Positions 30,746 to 41,204 of a DNA stretch of 64,000 nucleotides are shown here, piece by piece. How positions within the stretch are numbered: position 1 is the stretch's first letter; every line of letters begins with the position of its first letter. The notes below the pieces were generated by a model. It saw only the letters and a list, made by a program, of their open reading frames with translations, was not told the origin of the DNA and did no database searches. This stretch comes from Planctomycetota bacterium (lineage in GTDB: Bacteria > Planctomycetota > GCA-002687715 > CAIWVZ01), in the NCBI GenBank assembly GCA_044222185.1, contig JBGANV010000001.1, positions 1,856,001 through 1,920,000 on the forward strand. The letters run 5' to 3'. The translations under genes were made by a program, and so were the position numbers.

Positions 30746-33079
30746 CTACTTCTCCACCGACGCGAGCTCGGTCTCGACCTCGGCCTTTTCGTGGCGTTCC
30801 GCCTCGTCGGTGAGCGCGTCGCGAAGCCACTCGAGCACCATCCGGCGGTAGCGCGGGAAGTCGAGACGACCACGTGGACCGTCGCCGCGATCGTCGATGG
30901 ACTCCGCCTTCAACGAGCGCGCCTCACGCAGCAAGGCGAGCCCGGCCTCCCGATTGCCCTGCAAAAGGTTGAGACGTCCCATCATCCCGAGTGCGGGCAC
31001 CCGCCGGACACCGAAACTCAACGGGGATTTCAGGAGCTCGGTCAGATCCCTTGCGGCCTGAGGCACGAGCGCCGTATCCACGGACCGGGCTGCTTCGTAG
31101 CGCGCGAGCGCGATCTCCGCGACGACGTAGAAGTCGAACGACTCCGAATGGACGTTGTAGGACACGGACTGGACGCCCCCGGCCGCCAGTGCGTTCCAGG
31201 CCTGGCTGAGATCCCGCATCGCAGCGTCCGCGTCTCCGCGTCGCAACGACGTGACGCCGAACACGCCACGGCTGAGTTCGGCGACGACCGTGCCCTTCTT
31301 CGTTTTCGTCAGGGCCTGCGCGATGGCGGCCCGTCCCCCGTCCACGTCACCAGTGAAGACGCGGTGCATGCCGAGGACCGCGTCCGCCTCGGGATCCGGC
31401 GGGTTGAGGTGCTGCATCGCCTCCCGCAGCACGACGGACGTCTCGAAGTACCCCGCGCGCGACGCGACGGGGATCACGGATTCGGCGAGGCGGCGGAACT
31501 GCTGGAGCTTCTCCACCGTCTCCATCTCGCGGCCCCAGTTGTAGAACATGTCGAGGACGCGCGGGACGCTCTCGGCGAGCGCTGTCCCGGCCTGGGCAAA
31601 GTTGAGCCGGGTGTTGTCAGCAAGCAGCCGCTGAACGATCTCGAGGTCGCGCGTGACGTCCGCCACGAGCTTGTGGAACTCGGGTGAACGCTGGACGGAC
31701 CTCCCGGCCATTCGTCCGCGATCCTCTGCGAGGGTTCGCAGGTGCTGCGGCTGGAGGGCGGGCTTCCCCTGGTCGAGCAGGCTCAACGCGCGGTCGATCA
31801 CCGCTCCCGCATAAGGCTCGGTTCGCGGCGCCGTCACGGCGAACAACACGAGGCGCGCCGGATCCTCCTCGAGGTTCGGGGCGAAGACGTCGCCGCGGCT
31901 CAGCGGGTCGATCTGTCGTGGGAAGTCGACGACCGCTCCCATGGAGGAGAAATACGCCGCACGATTCCACGCGACGTTCACCGCGATCAGGATCAGCGCG
32001 AGGAGCAGGCCCTGTTGGATCGAAGTCGCGACACGGCCACGCAGGACGGAGAGCGTCACACCGACGAGCGGCAGGAGGTAGAGCGCGAGCGGAAGCAGCG
32101 TCAGGGCGTTGCCGGGCACCTGGCGACGAACGAGCACCGCCGTCGCCACCGCGCCGACGGCGATCACCGCGGCCGTCACTGCTCCCCGCCGGATGCCCGA
32201 GATCATCATGCCGGCGCCAAACACGATCGCGTGGACGAGGCCCCCGAGGATGAGGGGGACGGACGTCAGCAACGGATAAAACCCGGTCGGCACGTCGTAC
32301 CGCCGCCAGGGCACGAGCACGTAGACCGGAAACGCGAGGAGGTCTTGGACCGCGTGGGAGACGCGCGCCCCGAGCGCCACCGGCGGTGGACCTCCCGAAG
32401 CCGGGCCGACGAGCGTCGACCACAGGCCGGCTGCGACCGCCACCGCCACCAATCCCGCGCAGACCCGGCCACGAATCTCGGGTTTTCCGCCGGTTCCCGG
32501 CACGAGGCAGGGAACGGCCAGAAGCATCCCGGCCCACACCGGGTGGAGTCCCGCGGCCACACCCGCGGCCAGGCCGCCGAGCGTCGCCCGGACGAGTCCA
32601 GGCCGCACGATGAGCAGGACGGCGCTCCCCGCGGCGACGGCTCCCGTGATCACGCCCTCGAACCGCGTGAACCGGAGCGCGCCCCCCCAGGCGGCCGACG
32701 ACAGCACGGCAGCGACGGGGAGTGCGGCGGCGAACGGGTGAGCGTGTTCGAACGCTCGGCGGACGAGCGCTTCGACGGCGAGATAGATCAGCGCGAGGGC
32801 GAGTCCCATGAGAACGAGCGGTCCCGCGGAACCCGGCGCGAACGCAAAAGCGAGCGCGCGCGACGACGGCGTCTCGAACGTCGGGTCGAGGACGGGAGCC
32901 AGATCCAGCCGCGGTTGCGGCGCGCCGGGCCCGATCAGCCCCGCGTGGATCGCGCCGACGATCGCGCCCGCCGAGAAGAGGATGCCCGCGAGAATCCACG
33001 CTTCCACGGGCCGAGGAGGAATGACCGCGAGCCGTCTTTTGAGTTGCATGCCGACCAGGGATCGCAACAATGGTGCCAT
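30746..33079 (-). CDS. Multi-pass membrane protein with C-terminal TPR-like helical region
   Basis: Many hydrophobic segments, then helical repeats; 777 aa ORF. Confidence 0.7.
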   Translation of the reverse strand: MAPLLRSLVGMQLKRRLAVIPPRPVEAWILAGILFSAGAIVGAIHAGLIGPGAPQPRLDLAPVLDPTFETPSSRALAFAFAPGSAGPLVLMGLALALIYLAVEALVRRAFEHAHPFAAALPVAAVLSSAAWGGALRFTRFEGVITGAVAAGSAVLLIVRPGLVRATLGGLAAGVAAGLHPVWAGMLLAVPCLVPGTGGKPEIRGRVCAGLVAVAVAAGLWSTLVGPASGGPPPVALGARVSHAVQDLLAFPVYVLVPWRRYDVPTGFYPLLTSVPLILGGLVHAIVFGAGMMISGIRRGAVTAAVIAVGAVATAVLVRRQVPGNALTLLPLALYLLPLVGVTLSVLRGRVATSIQQGLLLALILIAVNVAWNRAAYFSSMGAVVDFPRQIDPLSRGDVFAPNLEEDPARLVLFAVTAPRTEPYAGAVIDRALSLLDQGKPALQPQHLRTLAEDRGRMAGRSVQRSPEFHKLVADVTRDLEIVQRLLADNTRLNFAQAGTALAESVPRVLDMFYNWGREMETVEKLQQFRRLAESVIPVASRAGYFETSVVLREAMQHLNPPDPEADAVLGMHRVFTGDVDGGRAAIAQALTKTKKGTVVAELSRGVFGVTSLRRGDADAAMRDLSQAWNALAAGGVQSVSYNVHSESFDFYVVAEIALARYEAARSVDTALVPQAARDLTELLKSPLSFGVRRVPALGMMGRLNLLQGNREAGLALLREARSLKAESIDDRGDGPRGRLDFPRYRRMVLEWLRDALTDEAERHEKAEVETELASVEK

Positions 33080-33137
33080 TGGTCAGCCAGAGGCTGCCCG
33101 ACTTGTCGATCGAGCGCGGATGGTATCAAACGAGTCC

Positions 33138-35012
33138 ATGAAGCCTAGGGGCGGCATCGTCGGCCGCATCCGTGCGAGCTGCGCACGGCGACCGGACCGG
33201 CTCGCCACCGTCGGAAACAGCCACTGTCGATTCCCGACCCTGACCGTCGGCGACCTGTTCCGACACGTCGATCTGGTCGCAGCCGGGTTCCTCGATCTCG
33301 GCGTGAGGCCCGGCGACAAGGTCGGCATGGTCAGCGAGAACCACGACCTGTGGCTCATCGTGGACCTGGCGCTCCTGTCCATCGGCGCCGTGACGGTGCC
33401 TCGCGGCGGTGATGCGTCCACGGCCGAGATCTGCTTCTGCCTCGCTCACGCCGAGTGCCGGCTGGCGATCTTCGACACGCAGGCCGTGCTCGACCGCGTC
33501 CGCACCGAGCTTCCCCGCCTCGAACACACGTTCGTGATGCGCGAGACGAATGCCGACTCCCCCCACTCACTCGACCGGCTGATGGAGCGTGGCCGCGAGT
33601 TCCTCCGGACCCGCGAGGGCGAGTTGCGCGCCCGACAGGACCTGCCGTCTGCGGCCGATCTGGCGACGATCGTCTACACGTCGGGAACGACCGGCAACCC
33701 CAAGGGCGTCATGCTCACCCACGGGAACATCCTCCACAACGTCGAGGCGGTCCCGCACATCCTCCAGTTCCACGAAGGGATGCGATTCGTGTCCTTCCTT
33801 CCCACGTGGCACACGTTCGAGCGCACCATCGAGTACATCGTCCTCGATGCCGGACTCGAGCTGCACTACTCGTCGAAGCGAACGCTGAAGGCAGACGTAG
33901 CGAAGGTGCGCCCGCACTTCCTCGTGGGCGTTCCGCGTGTCTGGGAGACGTTCTACCAGGGCGTCATGGGCGCGATGGAGAAGCTCCCGCCGGCCAAACG
34001 ACGCTTCATCGACTGGGCGCTGTCGGGGAGCCGCGAGTTCCACCGGCTTGGCCGGCTCGCCAGGGGCGTGGCCTTGAAGCCCCCCGCACGGGTCCACCGC
34101 CCGCCGCTCGTCGAGCGGCTGGGCCTTCGACTCGCGCAGGCGATCGTGCTGCTCCCCGAGATCGTCGCGCGGCGGCTCGTCTACTCGAAGCTCGTGGCCG
34201 CATTGGGCGGTGAGCTGACGATCACGATCTCGGGAGGCGGCCCGCTGCCTAAGGACGTGGACGAGTTCTTCGTGCGGGCCGGGATCCCGTTCCTCAACGG
34301 GTACGGCCTGACCGAGACGGCGCCGGTCGTTTGCGTGCGCGTCCCCGAACGAAACGTGCTCGGCTCGATCGGACTCCCCCTGCCTGAGACGGAAGTCCGG
34401 ATCGTGGACGAGCAGGGGCGGATCCAGCCTCCCGAGGCCCGCGGCGTCATACAGATCCGCGGCCCGCAGGTGATGCAGGGCTATTACCGCAACCCGCGCG
34501 CGACGAAGGACTGTCTCACGGCCGACGGCTGGTTCGACAGCGGCGACACGGGCATGCTCTCGACGGATGGCGACGTCGTCATCACGGGCCGCGCGAAGGA
34601 GACCATCGTCCTCACCGGCGGCGAGAACGTGGAACCGGAGAACATTGAGACGGCGCTCCTTGCATCGCCCCTCATCCAGGACGTGGTCGTCGTGGGGCAC
34701 GCGCAGAAGGCCCTGGGAGCGCTGATCATCCCGAATTTCGAAGTGGTCCGGTCGCGCGTGTCGAACCTGAACGGCCAGCCCGAGCAACTCGTCGCGCACC
34801 CGGAAGTGGACCGCGTCCTTCGAGTCGAGGTCTCCCGGATCATCTGCGCGGAAAAGGGATTCCGGGTCTTCGAACGCGTCAGTCGGATCGCCTACCTCCC
34901 CCGTCCCTTCTCCGTCGAGGATGGAACGCTCACGGCCACGTTGAAGAAGAAGCGGCGCGTGATCGAAGAGCGCTACTCCGTGGCGATCGAAGCACTCTTC
35001 ACGGCTGACTGA
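33138..35012 (+). CDS. Long-chain fatty acid--CoA ligase (AMP-dependent synthetase)
   Basis: YTSGTTGNPKGV, GYGLTET, GWFDSGD and GRAKETIV..GGENVEP. Confidence 0.92.
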   Translation: MKPRGGIVGRIRASCARRPDRLATVGNSHCRFPTLTVGDLFRHVDLVAAGFLDLGVRPGDKVGMVSENHDLWLIVDLALLSIGAVTVPRGGDASTAEICFCLAHAECRLAIFDTQAVLDRVRTELPRLEHTFVMRETNADSPHSLDRLMERGREFLRTREGELRARQDLPSAADLATIVYTSGTTGNPKGVMLTHGNILHNVEAVPHILQFHEGMRFVSFLPTWHTFERTIEYIVLDAGLELHYSSKRTLKADVAKVRPHFLVGVPRVWETFYQGVMGAMEKLPPAKRRFIDWALSGSREFHRLGRLARGVALKPPARVHRPPLVERLGLRLAQAIVLLPEIVARRLVYSKLVAALGGELTITISGGGPLPKDVDEFFVRAGIPFLNGYGLTETAPVVCVRVPERNVLGSIGLPLPETEVRIVDEQGRIQPPEARGVIQIRGPQVMQGYYRNPRATKDCLTADGWFDSGDTGMLSTDGDVVITGRAKETIVLTGGENVEPENIETALLASPLIQDVVVVGHAQKALGALIIPNFEVVRSRVSNLNGQPEQLVAHPEVDRVLRVEVSRIICAEKGFRVFERVSRIAYLPRPFSVEDGTLTATLKKKRRVIEERYSVAIEALFTAD

Positions 35013-36259
35013 TGGGGACTCTGCTCGACCGCCTTCGGGAGATCGCGCATCAGGCGCCCGCCCCCACGGTGTCTTCGTCGTCGTTCTTCCTTCGTTTCGC
35101 GCCCGTGATCCTGGGATGGCTCCTCATCCACGCCTACCTGGGCGTGCGTCTGATCCGGCCCGCCGGGTTCCACGGAGTCAGGCGCGCGGCCGCTTGGACC
35201 GCGTTGGTCGCCGCGACGCTCCTGCCACCGTTCGCCATGTTCGCCGAACGGACGCAGCTCGGCGTCGCATCGATCGAGCGGGCCCTCGATTGGTCCGCGT
35301 TCACGAGCATGGGGCTCTCGTCCCTCGTCACCCTCCTCGTCGTCGCGCGGGACGTCGCACTCGTCGGATCACGAACCGCCCGCCGGGCACTCTCGCGGGG
35401 ACGGCCGGTGGCACCGGACCCTCGCCGGCGCGCGTTCCTCACGAATGGCGTGAACATGGGCATCCTGCTCGGCGCGGGGTCGGCTACGGGCGTGGGTGCC
35501 GCAACGGCTCAGGTCACACCGGAGGTCGTTCGCGTCGACATTCCGATCCCAGGCCTCGCACCCGACGCCGAGGGTTTCACGATCGCGCAGATCACCGATC
35601 TGCACGCGGGCCTCACCATCGGCCGAGACTTCGTCGATCGCGTCGTCGACGCGACCAACGGGCTCGGCGCGGACGTGATCGCGGTCACCGGGGACGTTGC
35701 AGACGGTTATCCGAAGGACGTCGTGGAGTCGGTCGCGCCGCTCGCACGCCTCTCCGCGCCAGACGGCGTGTTCTTCGTGACGGGGAACCACGAGTACTAC
35801 TGGAGCACCCAGGCGTGGATCGACGTCCTCGGCGCCATGGGATTGACGCTGCTCGGCAACGAGCACCGGGTGTTGCAGCGTGGGCGCGCGCAAATCGTCC
35901 TCGCTGGTGTCTACGACTACCGCGCGGGGTCGTACATGGCAGCCCACCGTTCGGATCCTGTGAAAGCGGTCGCGGGTGCACCGGCTGGTGCGACGAAGAT
36001 CCTCCTCGCGCATCAGCCGCGGAGCGTGTTCGATGCCGCGAGGGCCGGCTTCGACCTCCAGATCTCGGGTCACACGCATGGCGGGCAGTACTTCCCCCTC
36101 AGCCTGATCGTCCCGTTCTTCGAGCCCTACGTCCGTGGGCTTCATCGCCACGACGGACGCATGTGGATCTACGTGTCGCGGGGCACAGGGTACTGGGGCC
36201 CGCCGCAGCGGCTCGGGGTCGGCACCGAGATCACGCTGCTGCGCCTCGTCCGCGGTTGA
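35012..36259 (+). CDS. Membrane-anchored metallophosphoesterase (YkuE/YaeI-like)
   Basis: TDLH, TGDVAD, GNHEYY, AHQP, SGHTHGGQ and SRGTGYWGPP. Confidence 0.92.
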   Translation: MGTLLDRLREIAHQAPAPTVSSSSFFLRFAPVILGWLLIHAYLGVRLIRPAGFHGVRRAAAWTALVAATLLPPFAMFAERTQLGVASIERALDWSAFTSMGLSSLVTLLVVARDVALVGSRTARRALSRGRPVAPDPRRRAFLTNGVNMGILLGAGSATGVGAATAQVTPEVVRVDIPIPGLAPDAEGFTIAQITDLHAGLTIGRDFVDRVVDATNGLGADVIAVTGDVADGYPKDVVESVAPLARLSAPDGVFFVTGNHEYYWSTQAWIDVLGAMGLTLLGNEHRVLQRGRAQIVLAGVYDYRAGSYMAAHRSDPVKAVAGAPAGATKILLAHQPRSVFDAARAGFDLQISGHTHGGQYFPLSLIVPFFEPYVRGLHRHDGRMWIYVSRGTGYWGPPQRLGVGTEITLLRLVRG

Positions 36260-36273
36260 CCGTCGGCGCGGGA

Positions 36274-38577
36274 TCAGCGAGGCGTCGTGACGACGCGCAG
36301 CACGACCTCGCCCACTCCGTCGGGCGCCGTGCGTTGCGTCGCCTTCCCGGTGACGGTCTCCGTCTCGGGAGCCTCGGTGACGACTTCGTGGACTCCCTCT
36401 CGGCAGTTCTCCACGACGAAGGACCCCTGCGCGTCGGTGACGGCAGACTCCTCGACGACGGCGATCGTGACCCCATCCAGATCGACCAGCGAGGTGACTG
36501 AAACCTTCCAACCGGCGAGGCCGCGATCGAGCTGATCGACCACTCGGCCGCTCACCCGCTGCCCCGATTTCAGCACGATCTCCACGTGTGACTGGCGGCT
36601 GGAATCCGCCGTCACCTTCGCCGAGCCCTGCTCGCGCGTCTTTGCGCGCGCGCCGACGGTGATCTCGCCGTCGGGGAGGCTCTCCACGCGGAACGCGCCG
36701 TGGGCGTCGCTGGTTGCGTTTCGCGCCGGCATCGCGTCCGCGGCCGTCAGCCAGACCGAGACGCCCGGCAGCGGCTTGCGCTGCGAATCCAGGACGACGC
36801 CGTCGACGACGGCACCCACGCGCAGGCGCGCTTCGACGGTCACGACCTGGCCGGGTCGCACCTGCACCGGTTCCGACCACGGCGCAAGTCGCCGCACCGT
36901 CACGATCACGGGGACGCGACGCGACGGCACACCCGTCGCGCGGAAGCGCCCCATCCGATCCGACTGCGCCGCGATCGGCGGCCGGGCCAGACCTCGCGTT
37001 CCGTCGGGGCGAGTCTCGACGCCGATGCCCTCGCCGCCGATGAGCACGGACGCGCCCGCGATGGGCTCGGAGTCGGGTCCCAGGACGCGCCCCTCGATCG
37101 TGCCGCCCTCTTCCTGCAAGACGATTCGCACCTTCGGCCGTTCCGTCCCACGCGGGATCTGGACGCCATCGCAAAGTGCGAAGCGCTCCGAGCGAGCGTA
37201 GACGAGATTGCTGAGGTTGACCGAGCGAAGGAGAAACGTGCCGTCTCCGCGGGTCACTGCGGCCGGTGTCGCCTCGAGTGCGCGGTAACCGAGCGTGAGA
37301 AACACGTCGGCGCCTGTGACGGGGTCGCCACGCCCGTCGACGACGATCCCCTCGAGATCGATCCCGTTGGGGATGATCATCTCCAACGCGGAACGGACGC
37401 CTGCGACGACCTTGGCAGAGGCGTGAAGGAACGACTCGGAGCAGCGGTCGACCATGGCCTCGTACTCACCGGGGGCGAGGTCGGGCACGTCGAGCGTGCC
37501 ATCGGTACCGGTCACGAGCCGGATTCCGGTGGGAACGTCGGCCGACGTGACGACGACGGTGATCCCGGACGCTGGCGAAAGGTCGGAGGCCCATCGGACT
37601 GCGATTCCCAGGCTCCCGGTCGTCGGAACGCTCGTCGGACGAGGCTCCTGGTAGGGAACCGGGAGGATCGCCGCCACTGCCCCATCACCCGAAGGAGCGT
37701 CGCCGGACCTCGCCGGTGCTCCCAGTGGATCTGATTGCGCCGACGACGCCGCACCGGCATGCGACGCATCCCCGCGGCGGGACGTCGATCCGCTGGTGGA
37801 CTCGGCCGCCGTTGCGACACCGCCGTGCGCCCGTCGATCGACCATCCAGGCACGCGCCTGAAGGAACAGGAGTGACGACGTCACGAGCGTGACGGCCAGA
37901 ACGGCGAGCTTGGTCTTCGTGCCCACGACGACCCCTCCGAGGACTGCCGACGGAACCCCCAGTGCATGGCCCGCGGCGACGGCACCGCCTGCGGACGACC
38001 CGGCGAGACCGACCACCGCCGGATCGAGCCCGGCGAGCGGCACGAACGCGGCCATCCAGGCGGAACGACCACCATCGACGGTCGCATCGAGCGTCTCGCG
38101 CAGCCGCGCCAGACCACGCTTCAACCGGCTCTTCACCGTGTCGAGGGGCGTGTTGGTTCGGCGCGCGATCTGAGGCGGCGTCATCCCCTCGAAGTACCGC
38201 AGGAGCAACGTCGTCCCGAACGGCTCATCGAGATCGAGCACCGCCGCGAGAAGCCGCTTTCGCGTCTCCTCGCGCTCGAGGAGGCTCGTGCGCGACGGAA
38301 CGCTCTCGTCTCGTGCGTGACGCCGGTCACGTTCGATTGCGCGCTTCAGTTGCCGACGGGCATTCGAGGCGAGGCGCCGCACCACCGTCGCCAACCAACC
38401 CCGCTCGGACTCGTGCGACTTCGGCGGGTTGCGCATGGCGGCGAGCCACGCGTCCTGGGTCAGATCCTGCGCTGCCGCGTCACCGCGAACGATCGAACGC
38501 GCCAGCTCTCGCACGAACCGTTCGTGCCGCAGCAGCGCCTCCATCTTGCCGGTGAGCGGATCCATGGCTGTCCGCAT
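36274..38577 (-). CDS. ECF sigma-70 factor fused to TM helix and carboxypeptidase-regulatory-like repeats
   Basis: Sigma2 (AQDLTQDAW, GWL..V), sigma4 (LRYFEGM...IA...TVKSRLKRGL), TM, then repeated G.V.D..G.P..GA.V beta repeats. Confidence 0.88.
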   Translation of the reverse strand: MRTAMDPLTGKMEALLRHERFVRELARSIVRGDAAAQDLTQDAWLAAMRNPPKSHESERGWLATVVRRLASNARRQLKRAIERDRRHARDESVPSRTSLLEREETRKRLLAAVLDLDEPFGTTLLLRYFEGMTPPQIARRTNTPLDTVKSRLKRGLARLRETLDATVDGGRSAWMAAFVPLAGLDPAVVGLAGSSAGGAVAAGHALGVPSAVLGGVVVGTKTKLAVLAVTLVTSSLLFLQARAWMVDRRAHGGVATAAESTSGSTSRRGDASHAGAASSAQSDPLGAPARSGDAPSGDGAVAAILPVPYQEPRPTSVPTTGSLGIAVRWASDLSPASGITVVVTSADVPTGIRLVTGTDGTLDVPDLAPGEYEAMVDRCSESFLHASAKVVAGVRSALEMIIPNGIDLEGIVVDGRGDPVTGADVFLTLGYRALEATPAAVTRGDGTFLLRSVNLSNLVYARSERFALCDGVQIPRGTERPKVRIVLQEEGGTIEGRVLGPDSEPIAGASVLIGGEGIGVETRPDGTRGLARPPIAAQSDRMGRFRATGVPSRRVPVIVTVRRLAPWSEPVQVRPGQVVTVEARLRVGAVVDGVVLDSQRKPLPGVSVWLTAADAMPARNATSDAHGAFRVESLPDGEITVGARAKTREQGSAKVTADSSRQSHVEIVLKSGQRVSGRVVDQLDRGLAGWKVSVTSLVDLDGVTIAVVEESAVTDAQGSFVVENCREGVHEVVTEAPETETVTGKATQRTAPDGVGEVVLRVVTTPR

Positions 38578-38625
38578 GATTCATCACCGCCGATGACGGC
38601 CGGGGTGCGTCGCACCGGGAATCTT

Positions 38626-39378
38626 TCAGGAGAAAACCGCCCCGCCGTTGACGTCGATGTTGGCACCCGTGATCTGGGCGGCGAGCGGCGACGCGAGGAA
38701 GGTGACGGCCGCCGCGACGTCGGCGGGGTGCGTCAGGCGGCCCGTCGGGATGCTGCGCTCGATCTCCGCGATCCTCTGGGGGGTCAGCGCCTCGGCCGTC
38801 ATGTCGGTGAAGACCCAGCCGGGCGACACCACGTTCACCGTGATGCCCCGCGGGGACAACTCGCCGACGAGGCTCCGCGTGAACGCGAAGAGCGCGCCCT
38901 TCGTCGCGGCGTAGTGCGAATACTCCGGCTCGCCGCGGATCCCCGCCGTCGACGCGATGTTGATCACGCGGCCCCATTCGCGGGTCGCCATGTCCTTCAC
39001 GCACTCGCGGGTCACGAGGAACAACCCCGAAAGGTTGATGCCGAGCATCTCGTCCAGATCGACTTTGGTCATTTCGACCAGAGGTGCCCGTTTCCAGATG
39101 CCTGCGTTGTTCACCAGGACGTCGATGCGACCGAACTGGGAGACGACCTCGTCGACGGCTGAAACGATCTCAGTCTCGTTCGCGATGTCGCAGCGAATCG
39201 CTTCCGCGGCAACTCCGGCGCCGCGCAGGGTCTGCACGGCCTCCTCGGCGGCATCCGCGTTCTGGCGGTAGACGAGCGCGATGGCGGCGCCCGCCTGACC
39301 GAGCGTCTCCGCGACGGCCCAACCGATGCCGCGGGTTCCACCCGTGATGAGCGCCACCCGTCCCTTGAGATCGAACAT
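38626..39378 (-). CDS. SDR family oxidoreductase (FabG-like)
   Basis: TGGTRGIG, NNAG and YAATK. Confidence 0.92.
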   Translation of the reverse strand: MFDLKGRVALITGGTRGIGWAVAETLGQAGAAIALVYRQNADAAEEAVQTLRGAGVAAEAIRCDIANETEIVSAVDEVVSQFGRIDVLVNNAGIWKRAPLVEMTKVDLDEMLGINLSGLFLVTRECVKDMATREWGRVINIASTAGIRGEPEYSHYAATKGALFAFTRSLVGELSPRGITVNVVSPGWVFTDMTAEALTPQRIAEIERSIPTGRLTHPADVAAAVTFLASPLAAQITGANIDVNGGAVFS

Positions 39379-39623
39379 GGCTGTTTCCCTCGGAGCCGTG
39401 GAGCGCCGTTTCTGACCGCGAACACGACCTCGCGCCACGAACGTTCCGAACCGCGGAAGATCCCCGATTCGAGTGCGGGATTGTAGTCGAGTGGCGGCGA
39501 CGATCGATACGGTCCGATGTGCTTCCACATCGAACGCGTGGTTGGTACGGTGCACCACCAATCGTCCGTGCGAGCGACCCGGTCGACTGATGCGGCGCAG
39601 CAGCGCCGGAAACGAGGCCTGAC

Positions 39624-40709
39624 GTGGGATCCGAAACTGACACCGGAGTTCTCCCGCAGCTTTCGCCTGCGGACACGACGGCGCGGATTCGCGAGCTGAG
39701 ATCCCGTCTCGGAAAACGGCTCGTGATCCTGGGCCACCATTACCAGGTCGACGAGGTCGTACAGTTCGCCGATTACACTGGCGACTCCTTCAAGCTCGCT
39801 CGGGACGGCGCAAAGCACCCGGAGGCCGACTTCATCGTGTTCCTCGGGGTGCATTTCATGGCCGAATCGGCCGACATCCTCGCGGCGCCGCACCAACAAG
39901 TCATCCTGCCGGACATGGCCGCCGGATGCTCGATGGCGGACATGGCCAACATCGACCAGGTGGAGACGGCTTGGAGCGAACTCGTCGCCCAGGGCGGCGA
40001 CGACATCATGCCGCTGACGTACATGAACTCGTCGGCCGCGATCAAGGCGTTCTGTGGCCGCAACGGCGGCGCCGTGTGCACGTCGTCGAATGCAAAGACG
40101 CTGATCGCGTGGGCGTTGAAGGAACGGCGCCGCCTGCTCTTCATGCCCGACCAGCACCTCGGGAGGAACGTCTGCTACTTCCTCGGCATTCCGCTCACCG
40201 ACATGGCGCTCTGGGATCCCCACGCGCTCCCCGAGGAGAACCTCGCCAAGGGCTGCGACCGCGCCAAGGTGATCCTTTGGAAGGGGCACTGTTCCGTCCA
40301 CGCCAAGTTCCACCCCGAGCACGTCGATCGGGTTCGCGAAGCCGTGCCGGGGATTCGGGTGATCGCCCATCCCGAGTGCTCCTGGGAGGTCATCCAGAAG
40401 TGTGACGAGTGGGGCTCGACCGAACGGATCATCAAGGCGGTGGAAGCGTCGCCACCAGGTTCGAAATGGGCGATCGGCACCGAGATCAACCTGGTGTCGC
40501 GCCTCGCGAAGCGGCTCCCGGACCACCTGATCGTCTCGCTGTCCGGCATCAGCTGCCTCTGCGCGACGATGTACCGCATCGATCCGCCCCATCTGCTGTG
40601 GACGCTCGAGAACCTCGCGGAAGGCCGCGTCGTCAACCGCATCGCGGTCGACCCGATCACGAAGCGTGACGCGAGGCTCGCCCTCGATCGGATGCTCCGG
40701 CTGGCGTAG
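39624..40709 (+). CDS. nadA: Quinolinate synthase A
   Basis: ILGHHYQ, GVHFMAE, AGCSMADMA, YMNSSA, CSVH, HPEC and CATM. Confidence 0.95.
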   Translation: MGSETDTGVLPQLSPADTTARIRELRSRLGKRLVILGHHYQVDEVVQFADYTGDSFKLARDGAKHPEADFIVFLGVHFMAESADILAAPHQQVILPDMAAGCSMADMANIDQVETAWSELVAQGGDDIMPLTYMNSSAAIKAFCGRNGGAVCTSSNAKTLIAWALKERRRLLFMPDQHLGRNVCYFLGIPLTDMALWDPHALPEENLAKGCDRAKVILWKGHCSVHAKFHPEHVDRVREAVPGIRVIAHPECSWEVIQKCDEWGSTERIIKAVEASPPGSKWAIGTEINLVSRLAKRLPDHLIVSLSGISCLCATMYRIDPPHLLWTLENLAEGRVVNRIAVDPITKRDARLALDRMLRLA

Positions 40710-40718
40710 CCCCTGCGC

Positions 40719-41204
40719 TCACCGAACCGGGTGGACCTTCGCCCACATGACGCGGAAATGCCCGCGATCATGTACGAGTTCGCATTCGATGCGGAACGAT
40801 GAGTGCGCGGCATTCCGTTGCTCCGCCGGATCGCCCTGGCATCGGACTCCGACCACGGCGACTCTCAGCCGCCCTTCGGTCGGGCTCGGGATCTCGTGAA
40901 CGAGCGCGACGAACGGGTGCATGCGCCCATCCCTGGGTTCGGATCGAAGGAACGCGAGTACCGCCGAGCGATCCAGGCCGCCCGGCTCGAACGCGAATGT
41001 CGGATCGAGAGCGTCCGCGAACGCGGCGTAGTCGGCAGTCCGGATGAAGCCAGCCACACGCTCGACGAAGGCTTCGGGCGTGTCGGCCCCCGTCCGCTGC
41101 GCCAGGAAGAGCGACCAGGTGGCCCAGCAGAACGCCAGGGTCGCGACGACGCTGAGAAGGATGAGCGGGACGGGTTTCATCGCCGGCATGGACGCGAGGG
41201 TCAC
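40719..41204 (-). CDS. Hypothetical membrane-anchored protein (possibly NTF2-like)
   Basis: N-terminal TM; GTGA overlap with the thiD stop. Confidence 0.6.
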   Translation of the reverse strand: MTLASMPAMKPVPLILLSVVATLAFCWATWSLFLAQRTGADTPEAFVERVAGFIRTADYAAFADALDPTFAFEPGGLDRSAVLAFLRSEPRDGRMHPFVALVHEIPSPTEGRLRVAVVGVRCQGDPAEQRNAAHSSFRIECELVHDRGHFRVMWAKVHPVR

